Part shown: in pieces, positions 53,806 through 64,000 of the stretch
How positions within the stretch are numbered: the first letter of the stretch is position 1
Layout of the letters: each line of letters starts with the position of its first letter
Assembly (NCBI GenBank): GCA_027604505.1
Contig: JADIIX010000004.1
Span: forward strand, 62,001-126,000
Source of the DNA: Gonapodya sp. JEL0774
Taxonomy: Eukaryota
DNA length: 64,000 nt
Direction of reading: 5' to 3'
Notes under the pieces: generated by a model
What the model was told of the DNA's origin: nothing
The model's database searches: none
The model's input: the letters and a program-made list of their open reading frames with translations, nothing else
Position numbers and translations under genes: made by a program

Positions 53806-56040
53806 CTAAGCCTTTGTCTTGAGCCACTCCGCAGTCTCATCCAAAGACTTTTTGAGTCTGACTAGGAGCTCATCAATTTGCTCCTCCGTGATGATGACTG
53901 GGAGAGCGAAGGAGTGGGAGCCAAACAATGTGGTTTTAGAAACTCTACAAGCCCAGAATCGCTGTGTGGCTCAAACTCACGTGGTGGGCACAGTGCGATG
54001 CTATCTGTAGACGGTAACCATAGGCACACACTTGTCAAGAATCAAGGAATAGAAAACCGCTCGAAAACGATACTCACCTCCCAGATTCCTGACAATCAAG
54101 CGATTTTCCTGGGCCCGCTCCGTCTTTTCAAACGAGAGGGGAGTCAGTGAATACAAAATGTTCAGAAAAATACGAAGATCGTGTATCACATTTACCATTT
54201 TCGCCCCGGCTCCGACTGACGGGGGGTAAGATTCCTTGGTGCTCTTGTCCTTCACAATCTCCAGCGCTGCAATAAGACCAACACCTCGTACTTCTCCCAC
54301 CAGTGGATGGTCCTCAAAAGCTTTTAGCTTCTCCCAGAAGTGAACTGCCACTTTCTTGGAATGGCCGATAATATCCCGCTCCTGATATATCTTCAGGACC
54401 TCAGAACCAACTGCTGCGGCGACGGGATGACCACTGGCGGTAAAGCCGTGCGCAAAAACTCCGATCTTCTTAGATTGGGCGACCAAGACTTGGTACACGG
54501 GGTCCGCCACAATGACACAGGACAAGGGAATGTATCCATTGGAGATCCCTTTAGAGCTCACCATAATATCAGGTTTGATACCGAGTGTCTGGTTTTTCCA
54601 TGATAGGTTATACATAGTCTGATCGCACTTCAATTGCCAGAGGAACTCACGTCGGCACCCCACATCTCTCCCGTGCGCCCGAAGCCGCAGATAACCTCAT
54701 CATCAATCCACAGCATGTCATACTTCTTCACGATTGCCTGCATTTTCTCGTAGTAGGTTTTTGGCGGCACAATCTGTGTAAGATCCGAAACGTGAGACTT
54801 GTCAGGGCAATTGGGCCGAGAACCTGTCACTAACCACACCCCCAGCACCGAGGACCGGCTCAGCGATGAATGCAGCACACTCTTCGGCTCCTCCTTGCTC
54901 TATTAACAAAGCTTCGAATTCCTCAACAAGTCTAGTGGCAAAGTCCTCCTCAGACTCTCCCGGTTTGCCGAAACGATAGTAGTGGGGGCAAGATGTGTGA
55001 TAGATATTCTTGACTAGGTAGGGATAGTTGAATGAGGAGTAGTACTGAGGAATTCCAAAAAAAAACCTCACTTGGCAGGTCAAAGTCTCTGTGGTTCGCA
55101 GGTATTCCGGTCAGAGAGCCCGATCCTACAGCGATCCCGTGGTAGGCTTTGATTCTCGAGAAAATCTTCTTCTTCTTCGGGCGCTCAAGAGCATTGTTGT
55201 AGTACCACACCATCTTGACAACCGTGTCATTCGCCTCTGACCCGCTGTTGGCAAAGAACACTTTTGATGCCCATGGAACCATTTTGATGATTGCCTCAGA
55301 AAGATCGATGACTGGATCGTGAGCTTTGGCCGAGAAACTGTGATAGAATGGTAATTCTGTTTGGGGATTACAAAAGTGCGGGGCAACCTCAGCGCCGTGG
55401 TTAGCGGGATTGCGATGAGCCTGTGACACATACCGTGCAGCTGTTTAATGGCTGCTTCAACCAATCTCTTCTCCGAAAATCCGAGACTGACATTCCAAAG
55501 GCCGGACATGCCTGGTATTTGGTTGTGTGTTGATATGCGGGAGCATTGAGCCAAAATAGCGGTCAGGAAAAATGTACTTCAGCTTAAATCCTCACCTTCA
55601 ATGTATTCCTTCCCCTCGTCATCGTAAATCTGTTTAAACGGATCGTGCGTTGATGATTGAATGCGTTGGAAGCGGACCATTCCATGTGACAGCTACCACC
55701 CACATATATGCCGTTTCCCTTTGAGACATTAAGCGTGGGGCTGATAGCGGCATGGACAGCGGTCAAAATCAGTAAGATGGTGCAGAGTTTGGTGAAAGCA
55801 TTTTGAAACATTTGGAGGGAGTTCGGGATTGGCAGTAAATAGTGGGATCCGTAAGCGAGAGATCGGCAACCCATCCACAAATATAGAAAGGTGCAATCCT
55901 TACCCAGTAATGTCGTGAGCATTTAGATTGGTGGTCGGAGGCAGATGATATGATCGAGCAATCTGCCTCGAATCCCGTTTCTTCTCCTCCCGAACGAGGG
56001 GCTTAGGCCGTGCTTGCGATGGTGCTGCGTCTCCGTTCAT
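53806..56040 (-). CDS. Class III PLP aminotransferase (omega-amino acid/GABA:pyruvate transaminase type)
   Basis: [58 protein letters not shown] and the PLP lysine in PDIMVSSKG; predicted ATG at 56040. Confidence 0.93.
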
Positions 56041-56884
56041 AGTAAATAGTTGTAACGATTTTGCAGGAGCCGTAATTCGGGGGTTTTATCGAGGTCGGAA
56101 GGCGCACCGATGGTGAGCCGAGCGGGCCGTCATGTTTGAGTCTGGGCACGGAGGGGGGTGGCTCAGGACCGGAGCCCGTGCACCGCAGTGTCTGGTCTTA
56201 TTTCTGGCAGCACTGCCCGCCCCCATCTCTCTCTCCTCGCCCTGCGTCACGGACCTGCTCGCGGTACGGCACCAGGACCTGTCATGTTCTGATCATCGCA
56301 TTCCGATACGATGCAACATTGTTATGAGTATAATTGGACTTAACGATATCTATCGATGCATGTTAGATGAATCTTGTCTTTTACGCAACCGTGAGTTCTA
56401 CCTCCTTGGGAGAGTGTTCGGCATGGCGCTTTCGTGCCAACACTGATTATGAACGCGGCAACCTGTCCGCGCAGGTAGTACGTGTAGGCTATGTGCATTT
56501 GATGTCGCTCAACGAATAGACTCAGAAGTGGCAGATAACAGGAGCCTTTTCGAGAATACACCTGGGACATGTGAGCTGGCAACACGACACGGTTACACAG
56601 CGATGTTACGGATTCTGGATTTGATCTAACGGCGATGTATTCCACTTGACGACGAGGGTAGGAGCATCTCTTTGGCGAGCACTATTTGTGCGTAACAATC
56701 AATGGTTTTGAAAACCAAAAGTGTTCGATTGGGTGTGTCATGTGTCATCATCAGAATCGATCATTGATCAAATGTCAAAAGGTGATACACAAAGTTATTG
56801 GCAGAACCGAGTACCCGCGTACATCAGTGTTCGCCGTTTCGTGAAGTTGCGGATGTTGCTTGCTGTCCGCCCGCGCCAATGCCT

Positions 56885-56923
56885 TTAGGTTAGGTTAGAT
56901 TAGGTTGGGTTGGGTTAGGTTGG
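56885..56923 (+). repeat. Degenerate (TTAGG/TTGGG)n pentamer tract, about 8 units
   Basis: TTAGG TTAGG TTAGA TTAGG TTGGG TTGGG TTAGG TTGG read directly. Confidence 0.85.
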
Positions 56924-56966
56924 TGACTGGGTTGGTATTTGGAATATTCCATCACCCCTGATCATA

Positions 56967-57636
56967 TTAGGTACCTGGAGTGGCAGGGTCCATCTGGGCC
57001 TTCCTATCTGCTCCTTCAATAACCTGAACGTGAAAAATACACATTTGAACAATGATACGTGCAACATGAATCGGGCAGATTCCCCCGATACTCACTTGGC
57101 GCTCAGGACCCCCTTGCGCCCGTCCGTCTCCACCATAGACTACAACCGAAAGAGATCCATCTGATCTCTCCGTAACAAAATAACGGCTATCAAGCGGTTC
57201 GTTGGCCGCCTCGATGTTGGCAATTAGTTTGGATACTGAGAACCACGATTTCGATGTCGTTGTTCCCCACATCGACTCATGTTTTATCAATCAACTTGTA
57301 TCGGTCAGCCAACGAATTTCAGAGCTTTATCAGAGCATGTTCTGACCTCGCTGGAAAGCTCAAAGGAGACCTCAATCTCTTCAGTTTCCTACAAGAACGC
57401 ACTAGCTCAACACATGGTTCTGGTGAGAGATGTACTTGAAAACGAACCGATCGATTTCCAAGCATCCTCTTAAATTCATCCTCGGGTACTTCTATCTCCG
57501 CTCTATTGGTGGAGAAGCAGCAGTTTGGGCGGAAGCAAGGGTCCAAGTGTCGTCCAAGACACGAACGATGGAATTGGAATGGGTTCCTTGCAATCGCACT
57601 CTGAAAAATAGGCCGGCGGGCAAGACTATGTAACAT
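56967..57636 (-). CDS. Hypothetical protein, possibly with a mitochondrial presequence
   Basis: Two same-strand ORFs (57319-57636, 56967-57290) and an Arg-rich, acid-free N-terminus. Splicing could not be resolved. Confidence 0.3.
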
Positions 57637-57799
57637 CAGTCCGGTGGTGAGTTTCGATAGTTCTGGCGATCACGCAGAATGATGACGTCAACACGGTCAG
57701 CACATTCATCATTGCATATCGCACAATATAGAAATGAAAACACGCGGCAAACTCAATCCTGTATATTCATTTACATTATTATTACTGTAAGTGCTTTTT

Positions 57800-60259
57800 C
57801 TATATGCGAGTTTTAACCCAACTTTCCAATCCACCTGTAACGATTCAAGTGTGAAGACATGGTCGATAACCCTGGTTTTGAGCATCAACTACTTTAACGA
57901 CTACTCACCAGCGACTAATATCTCCTGGGCAGCCTTGCCCACCTTTGGAACTTCATATGCCAGGTCCCCAACCTTAAGAGCTCCGTTCAGCAGATCCAAG
58001 TTCGCAATTGCGCCTGTCCTCCTTGTCTTGACCTTGGTCTCATTCGCAAACTTAGATCTAAGATCTCTCACCAAATCTCCACATTCGAGAACTAGCAAGC
58101 CGTTGTTGATTGCGTTCCTCTTGTAGGTTTCTGAGAAAGTGCCTGCAAGAACGACAGGAATACCGGTAGCGAGGAGCGCTGTGGCTGCTTGCTCACGAGA
58201 AGAGCCAGTGCCAAAATTTGATCCAGCCACCACAACATCGCCCTATTATGTCATCGTGGTAAGATCTGTTGCGTTCTGCACTGACTACCGAAGTCATGGA
58301 TACTCACAGGCTTGATTATTGTGGCAAAGTCCACGTCGTAATTCTCCATCACAATTTTCTTCATTTCCTCGCGTGGGAAATCGTCCTGGTAGGTGTACTT
58401 CCCTGGGTATATGCCGTCCGTATTCAGGTTGTCTACGTCTAAAAACACAATCTCCCCTGTAACAGTGGCAGGAAATCCGGCTGCAAGATCAGAGGATGGT
58501 GATTTTGTGGAGGACTGTGGAGATGACTGAGTGCCGAGTTTGGAGTCAAGGACCTCGAACTTCGGAGTGACAGAGAGTATGGATGTGGGTACTGAAGTAG
58601 GAGCAAGAAGTGTGGCTGGTGAAATAATTCTTCCGGCAATAGCCGAAGCAGCGACAACGGCTGGAGTACATTGGCAAAATAGGATGTGACATTATCCAAA
58701 TGCACCGGGCGCACGAAGAAATGAGGCATACCTGGCGATGACAAGTATGCCTGTGCTTTTGGGTGCCCCATTCTTCCTTTAAAATTCCTATTGGTTGCCG
58801 AAATACCGACCTCACCCTCCTTGAGTAACCCCGTCCCCAGCCCGATACATGGCCCACAACCAGCAGGGAGCGGAACAGCGCCTGCCTGGATCAACTGAGC
58901 CCATTCTCCTGTCGCCTCCACCTCTCGCTGAACCTCGCTACTCGCAGCGGCAACATAAAACTCCACACCTGGGGCAACCTTGCGGCCACGAACAACTGCG
59001 GCGGCGGCCCGAATGTCGGAAGCGCGAGAGTTGGTACAGCTAACCAAGTATGCCTTCTGTATGGGAATATTTTCTCGCTCCAAACGGTCTAAGGGGTGTG
59101 ATACTTTCACGGAGTTCGGCCCAGAGACCCACGGAACCACAGTGGAGAGGTCCAAGGCGAGGTGCTTCGCATAAACCGCGTGCAGGTCCGCGAGGAGGGG
59201 GGAGCGCTCAATGGAATCGATTTTTTCGTGCGAAATTCGAGGATGGGGCTTCCCCCCTCCAAGGTCGAGTAGGAGGTCCGCCCTTTGTCGGTACCAGGAA
59301 AGCAGTCGATCGTCGACCGGGAAGACACCGGCAAGTGCACCCCATTCGGTTGTCATATTGGAAACAGTGAGCCGTTCGTCAATGTCCAGACTTGCGACAC
59401 CTTCGCCCACGAACTCCACGGCGTGATTGAGCACCTCGTCATTGTTGAATAGCCCACACAAAGCAGTCACCACGTCCTTGCCCGTTACTCCCATATCACG
59501 ACGGAGGGATCCACGGAGTTCAACACGAGCAACAGGAGGAACTTGCCACCACGTGCGGCCAGTAGCCCAAATCGCCGCAGCGTCCGTCCGGACGATTGGT
59601 GTGCCCAGAGCCGCGATGCCGCCATACATATTGGAGTGTGAGTCAGACGCGACGGTGAGGGTATAGGGAAGAGCGTATCCTACATCGCGAGTGGACAATG
59701 TGTGGAGTGCGACAACTTGGTGTAGTGTATTGCTGATTGTCACTCACCTTCTTCAACAACGACCTGATGCCCAATGCCTCGTCCGGCAGGATAAAAATCA
59801 ACGCCATTTTGCTTGGCGAACTCTTCTATCGATTTGTATTTGGCTAGGTTCTGTCAGGTACCGAAGTAGAATTTGAGCAACGGCTCAGGATTTTCCGGGC
59901 ATGCATAGAGGAATCAGGTTTTACCTCACCTTCTCCGTCCTGTTTTGAATGTCATGGTCCAGTGTGAAAACAGGTTGCTTTGGATCGTGAAAGCTCCCAG
60001 CACCTATCTCTTTGAACTTGGACATGACCGCACCAGTGTTGTCGTGGGTCATCACGTGGAAGGGTTGGATGTAGACAAATGCACCTTGCTTAACGACAAA
60101 ATCTCGCGGGAGATCCACAGAGTATCGCTGTGCGATCTTCTCAACGAGGGTCTGTCCTTCCCCGGCCGCACTCGCGAAGGATCGAACGAGCCCCGATTGC
60201 ATCCTCAGCTCAAGGATTCTTCGTACGATTCGCACTCGAGACACTGATGGGGAGTTCAT
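57800..60259 (-). CDS. LYS4: Homoaconitase, mitochondrial
   Basis: GQTLVEKI...[68 protein letters not shown] and [13 protein letters not shown]. Confidence 0.97.
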
Positions 60260-60725
60260 TTGGGCGAATCCTTCGTAGTGATGCTCCGTTTGTTTCCGAG
60301 CCTTACCACACTTTTGCTCCAAGCTGCAAGGGGCACAGATGATTGGCACAGGTGAATTCTGGGGTGCACACAACCACAACCCACCAGACCTGTGCACACC
60401 GCGACAGCGACGTTCACCCGAGCGACAGCATGATCGTGTGCACAAGCTCCACCATTTCAAAGATTTTGCTCGGCGTCAGTGGAGGTCTGTCTGTCTGTGG
60501 TCTCCTGGCCGCGGACCATTGTCACCCACCAGAATCTCAATCTCAAGAAATAATTTATTTGGAGCCTAAGGGCAGAGTACAGTTTCATTTCAAACTCAAC
60601 TTTGGTATTCCCAGTTTTGCCAAGTTGGATTGTCTGTTCCGAAGTGAACGACCGAGAAAACCGTCAACAAACCAAAAAACATCTGGGTCAAGAATTGCGC
60701 AACGAACGCTGCAAAAAATACAGTA

Positions 60726-62681
60726 CTACAAACGTCCCAACGCTAGGTTATGATTATTGCAAAAGAAGTTCTCGGGATCATACTTCTTCTTGAGCTCGAT
60801 CAACCTGTCGTAGTTGGCGCCGTACAGGTCTTTGGCGGACCATGACATGAGCGATGAACTGTCCGCATTCTCCATTTCAATGTCGCGTCCGGCGGAGCCG
60901 CCAAGCTCTGAAAAACGAAGGTCCGCGATCATGTTTAAAAACTGCGATGACCACCCAAGAAGAGAACTACAGCCTCACCGTTGACGAACAGTCCAGCTCG
61001 GTAGGGCTCAAACACCCTCGCATTCTCCTGTGCCCATGCGCGCGCCTGGTCGTACTCGTCATCCGTTCCGTTAGGCGCGCTACAATATGATATGAGCTGC
61101 GTTGCGTCATTTTCATGAGGCCTGGCGTTTCGAGATTATACGACAGTCCCATCCACAACTCACCCAGAATCCCTCCTTGAGACGCGACGCCACCGCACTC
61201 GACTCCGTCGTCACGTCGCCAATAGCGCCCCCGATTGGAATGATGATCAGCTGTGCGCCAGTATGTGGACACTCGTGGAACCGTTTAAGTATCAGCTGGA
61301 TCAGGTCCAGTGTCAGGGCCTTGACGAAAAGGTGCTAGACGGAGGGGCGAAAAAATCACATCATCACTCAAATCTCCCTTGTGGAACATAGACACCTGTC
61401 TCACCTTCTCGTAGTACTTGAGCCCAGCGGGGGACACCTTATCTAATAGGTGCTGGAGCTCTGTATGATACTTCAACGGCCCCACTTTCTGGAAAAGTGG
61501 GTTCGGCACAGCCCTGAGCTGCTTCTCCAACACCGCCTTGCCCCGTTTCCGGTCGTCCTCCCTTGCGTCCCCTTTCGTCCCAGTCCCGACGTAAATCGGA
61601 AGCAGCATGGCGACGGGCATCTTGTCGGTCCCAGCGGGTCCAGGGCTGTACGCGAGCGCGGCCATGGTAACATTGGATCTTGGGCCTTGCGCAACTGTCT
61701 CTTGCAGAAGCGTGAGAATGGCCGGCGCGGCAGAAAAGGGATAAGCCATGACTCCTCCGTGGACGGACTCGATCGGGTGGGCTTTGAAGGTAAACTAGGC
61801 AGCCAACAAAGTCGGCATGATGTCGCGCATGGCCGAGGAGATGTCGACTCACGCGGGTGACGACGCCAAAGTTTGCTCCGGCGCCTCGAACGGCCCAGAA
61901 CAGATCGTCGTTCTGCTTGGCGTTGGCGATCATGATGTCTCCGTTCGAAAGCACTATCTCGACCTGATAACGACAACGGTGTCGGAGATCAGTCCAGTTT
62001 GGCCACGCTGTACTGCACAAGTGCAACACAATCTGCTCACCTCAAGAAGGTTGTCGACGCCCAGCCCGTGCTGCCGGCTGAGGAAACCCCATCCTCCACC
62101 GACGGTCCATCCGCCCACACCCGTATCGTAATTCGTTCCCGCGACGGCCGCGAGGTTGTACCGGCCAGTGGCCTACTCGTCATTGTCCACACAGTGCAAC
62201 AGGGGGGAGACACATCGAGCAGCTTCAGCAGCTCTTTACTAGCGGCGCGGCGCAGGACAAGCGACACACCTTGTCCAAATCGTCCAGTCGAGCCCCGCCT
62301 TGCACGTGAACAACGTTTTGCGCCGGTAGGGGGATCACGGCCCTCATGTTCTGCAGGGATAGGGTCACGCGATCGTTCTTACTGCTGTGAACAGTGTGGC
62401 GACCTGTCCAAAATGTATTGCGCGTTGGGTTCAAGTACTCTGACGACCCACAGACGCCGATTCTCACCACACGCCACCGTCAATTCGATCCCGTGCTTTC
62501 TTGCCCATTTAATAGACTGGGATACGTCCTCCGAATTACTGGGTATCACAATAGCACTGGGGAACGGGTTTATCGCCATATTGAACGTCGGCCTTCGGAG
62601 CAGCTCATAGTCAGGATGGGACTTGAGTACGACGCGGCCGCCGATGCTGTCCTGGAGCTGGGTGAAGAGCGACAGGGGCAT
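60726..62681 (-). CDS. FAD-linked oxidoreductase (BBE / 6-hydroxy-D-nicotine oxidase-like)
   Basis: FPSAIVIP...VACGRH, VQGGARL, DLFWAVRGAGANFGVVT and C-terminal LYGANYDRLIELKKKYDPENFF. Confidence 0.92.
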
Positions 62682-63216
62682 TGAAGAGACTCCCTTTCCC
62701 AACAACTTGACGGGTAAGCTGTTGAGGGCGGCGCAGGCGAGGGTGAGCTGTGAACGATGGAGTGAATTCACATCAGTAAGGGACCAGCCCACGTTTTCTG
62801 GGGCTCCTGTCTCAATGCATTCATTTCCAAGTGCAGTGCAAGTGCAGTGTCTCTCGTGGAATGAGAAGGGTTTATGGACCGCTCAATGGATCGGACGGGC
62901 TGTGCCGATCGATATATTCGATATATATTATCACACGGACCCCGTTTACTAGAACTGAGCGATGCTTCGCCACAACCCAATTGAGAATTCTGGGGTGGCT
63001 CTCTGGGGTAGTCGGGGGTAGTGTCAATTTTTCATTTTGACAGTGTCAATCAATAATGTTTTGAGCACAGGTTGTGGCCGCGAATCCCGTAATATGCTTC
63101 TTCGCCAGATTAGCTGAGCAGTTCTTGTGTCAAAATGATCTTGTATTCTGCGTTTCTTGCGTGGAACCGAGGTTGAGTGCGGATATCAAGGGGTGGAGCA
63201 AGCGGACGGACCATGG

Positions 63217-64000
63217 ATGATGTGCTCCCGTGCCCCCCTGCCAACCAGACCCAGAATTCTCTTGTCGGTTTCAACTTCGATTTGTGAAATGAATGGCCCA
63301 ATTCGAGCACGACTGATGCATTTCACAGGCTATGGCTCGCTGAACGGGATTGCGCGGTCCGCCCGAGTGTCTCCGGTCAACTTACATCGGGGGGGTGGGA
63401 ACTCCCAACTTGGTTCGACGAATCCTATTGGAGTAAGATGTACTCGACCCATGTACTATGGAGATTCTGCGGCACATCAGAAGCACAAGCGAGGTCAAGG
63501 AAGCATGCAGATAATGTCGCTTGCTGCCGGCGTCGCTTCGGCTCTTTGTCTACTTCTCGGTTCCGTGAGGCAAATTGAGTCGAAATCAGCCGATAAGGGA
63601 ACTGGTCAAGTTGAGAAGCCAGTTGCTGGGGAGTTTCGGGCAGGTGAGCTTGTAAGAGCATTGTACAAGCTTTTATACTGGGTCATGCCACCATGAGCCA
63701 TCACTCGTACTTTTGTGAGAGCTCCATTGGCTCGTTTGTTTCAATTATTGTTCAACTTCCACCACGAACCTTTGGCACAGACCTTCCCACCCTCACCAAG
63801 CCCGAAATCTCCATTCACAACAGATTGCCCCCGGATGGCCCCGGTGTTTGGGTGACATACCGCCGTGGAGTTTATGACGTGACGCGTTTCGTGGAGAACC
63901 ATCCGGGTGGGGAAAGGATTTTAATGGCGGCGGGTGGGCCGGTGGACCCGTTTTGGGGCATTTACCGAAACCATGCAGCAGAACATGTTTGGGAGATTTT
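63217..64000 (+). CDS. Sulfite oxidase-type cytochrome b5 domain protein, 3'-truncated; start uncertain
   Basis: GVWVTYRRGVYDVTRFVENHPGGERILMAAGGPVDPFWGIY at ~63840-64000 matches the heme domain pattern of sulfite oxidase. Confidence 0.8.

Noticed and set aside
53806..64000. Metabolic gene cluster (aminotransferase, LYS4, FAD oxidase, sulfite oxidase)
   Set aside because: No backbone synthase or coherent shared pathway; LYS4 and sulfite oxidase are housekeeping enzymes.

Overview
Gene-dense, intron-rich eukaryotic DNA with short (mostly 50-90 nt) GT-AG introns. Homoaconitase (LYS4, alpha-aminoadipate pathway) marks it as fungal. A PR72-type PP2A B'' subunit and an animal-like LIM protein suggest an early-diverging, probably zoosporic fungus (inference). 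About 25 protein-coding genes were reconstructed by eye: a DUF3684/sacsin-like protein, a spartin/senescence-domain protein, three tandem 7TM paralogues around a glutathione peroxidase, NF-YA/HAP2, an F-box-ankyrin protein, PuuE-type allantoinase, OHCU decarboxylase, SLMAP-like FHA protein, PP2A B'', KRE33, BMT6-like methyltransferase, an NAD(P)-binding reductase, a LIM protein, an aldo-keto reductase, an MFS transporter, ARMC8, a tandem chromodomain protein, NMD3, a class III aminotransferase, LYS4, a BBE-like FAD oxidase and the start of a sulfite oxidase. Main highlights: (1) a head-to-head PuuE / OHCU-decarboxylase pair with only 103 bp between start codons, encoding consecutive steps of urate catabolism; (2) frequent AAG 3' splice sites and one GAG site; (3) an orphan 7TM array in which one copy is frameshifted; (4) a hAT-like MITE relic and an 89-bp dispersed repeat. 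All family calls come from motif recognition, not database searches. Coordinates of multi-exon genes span their introns.
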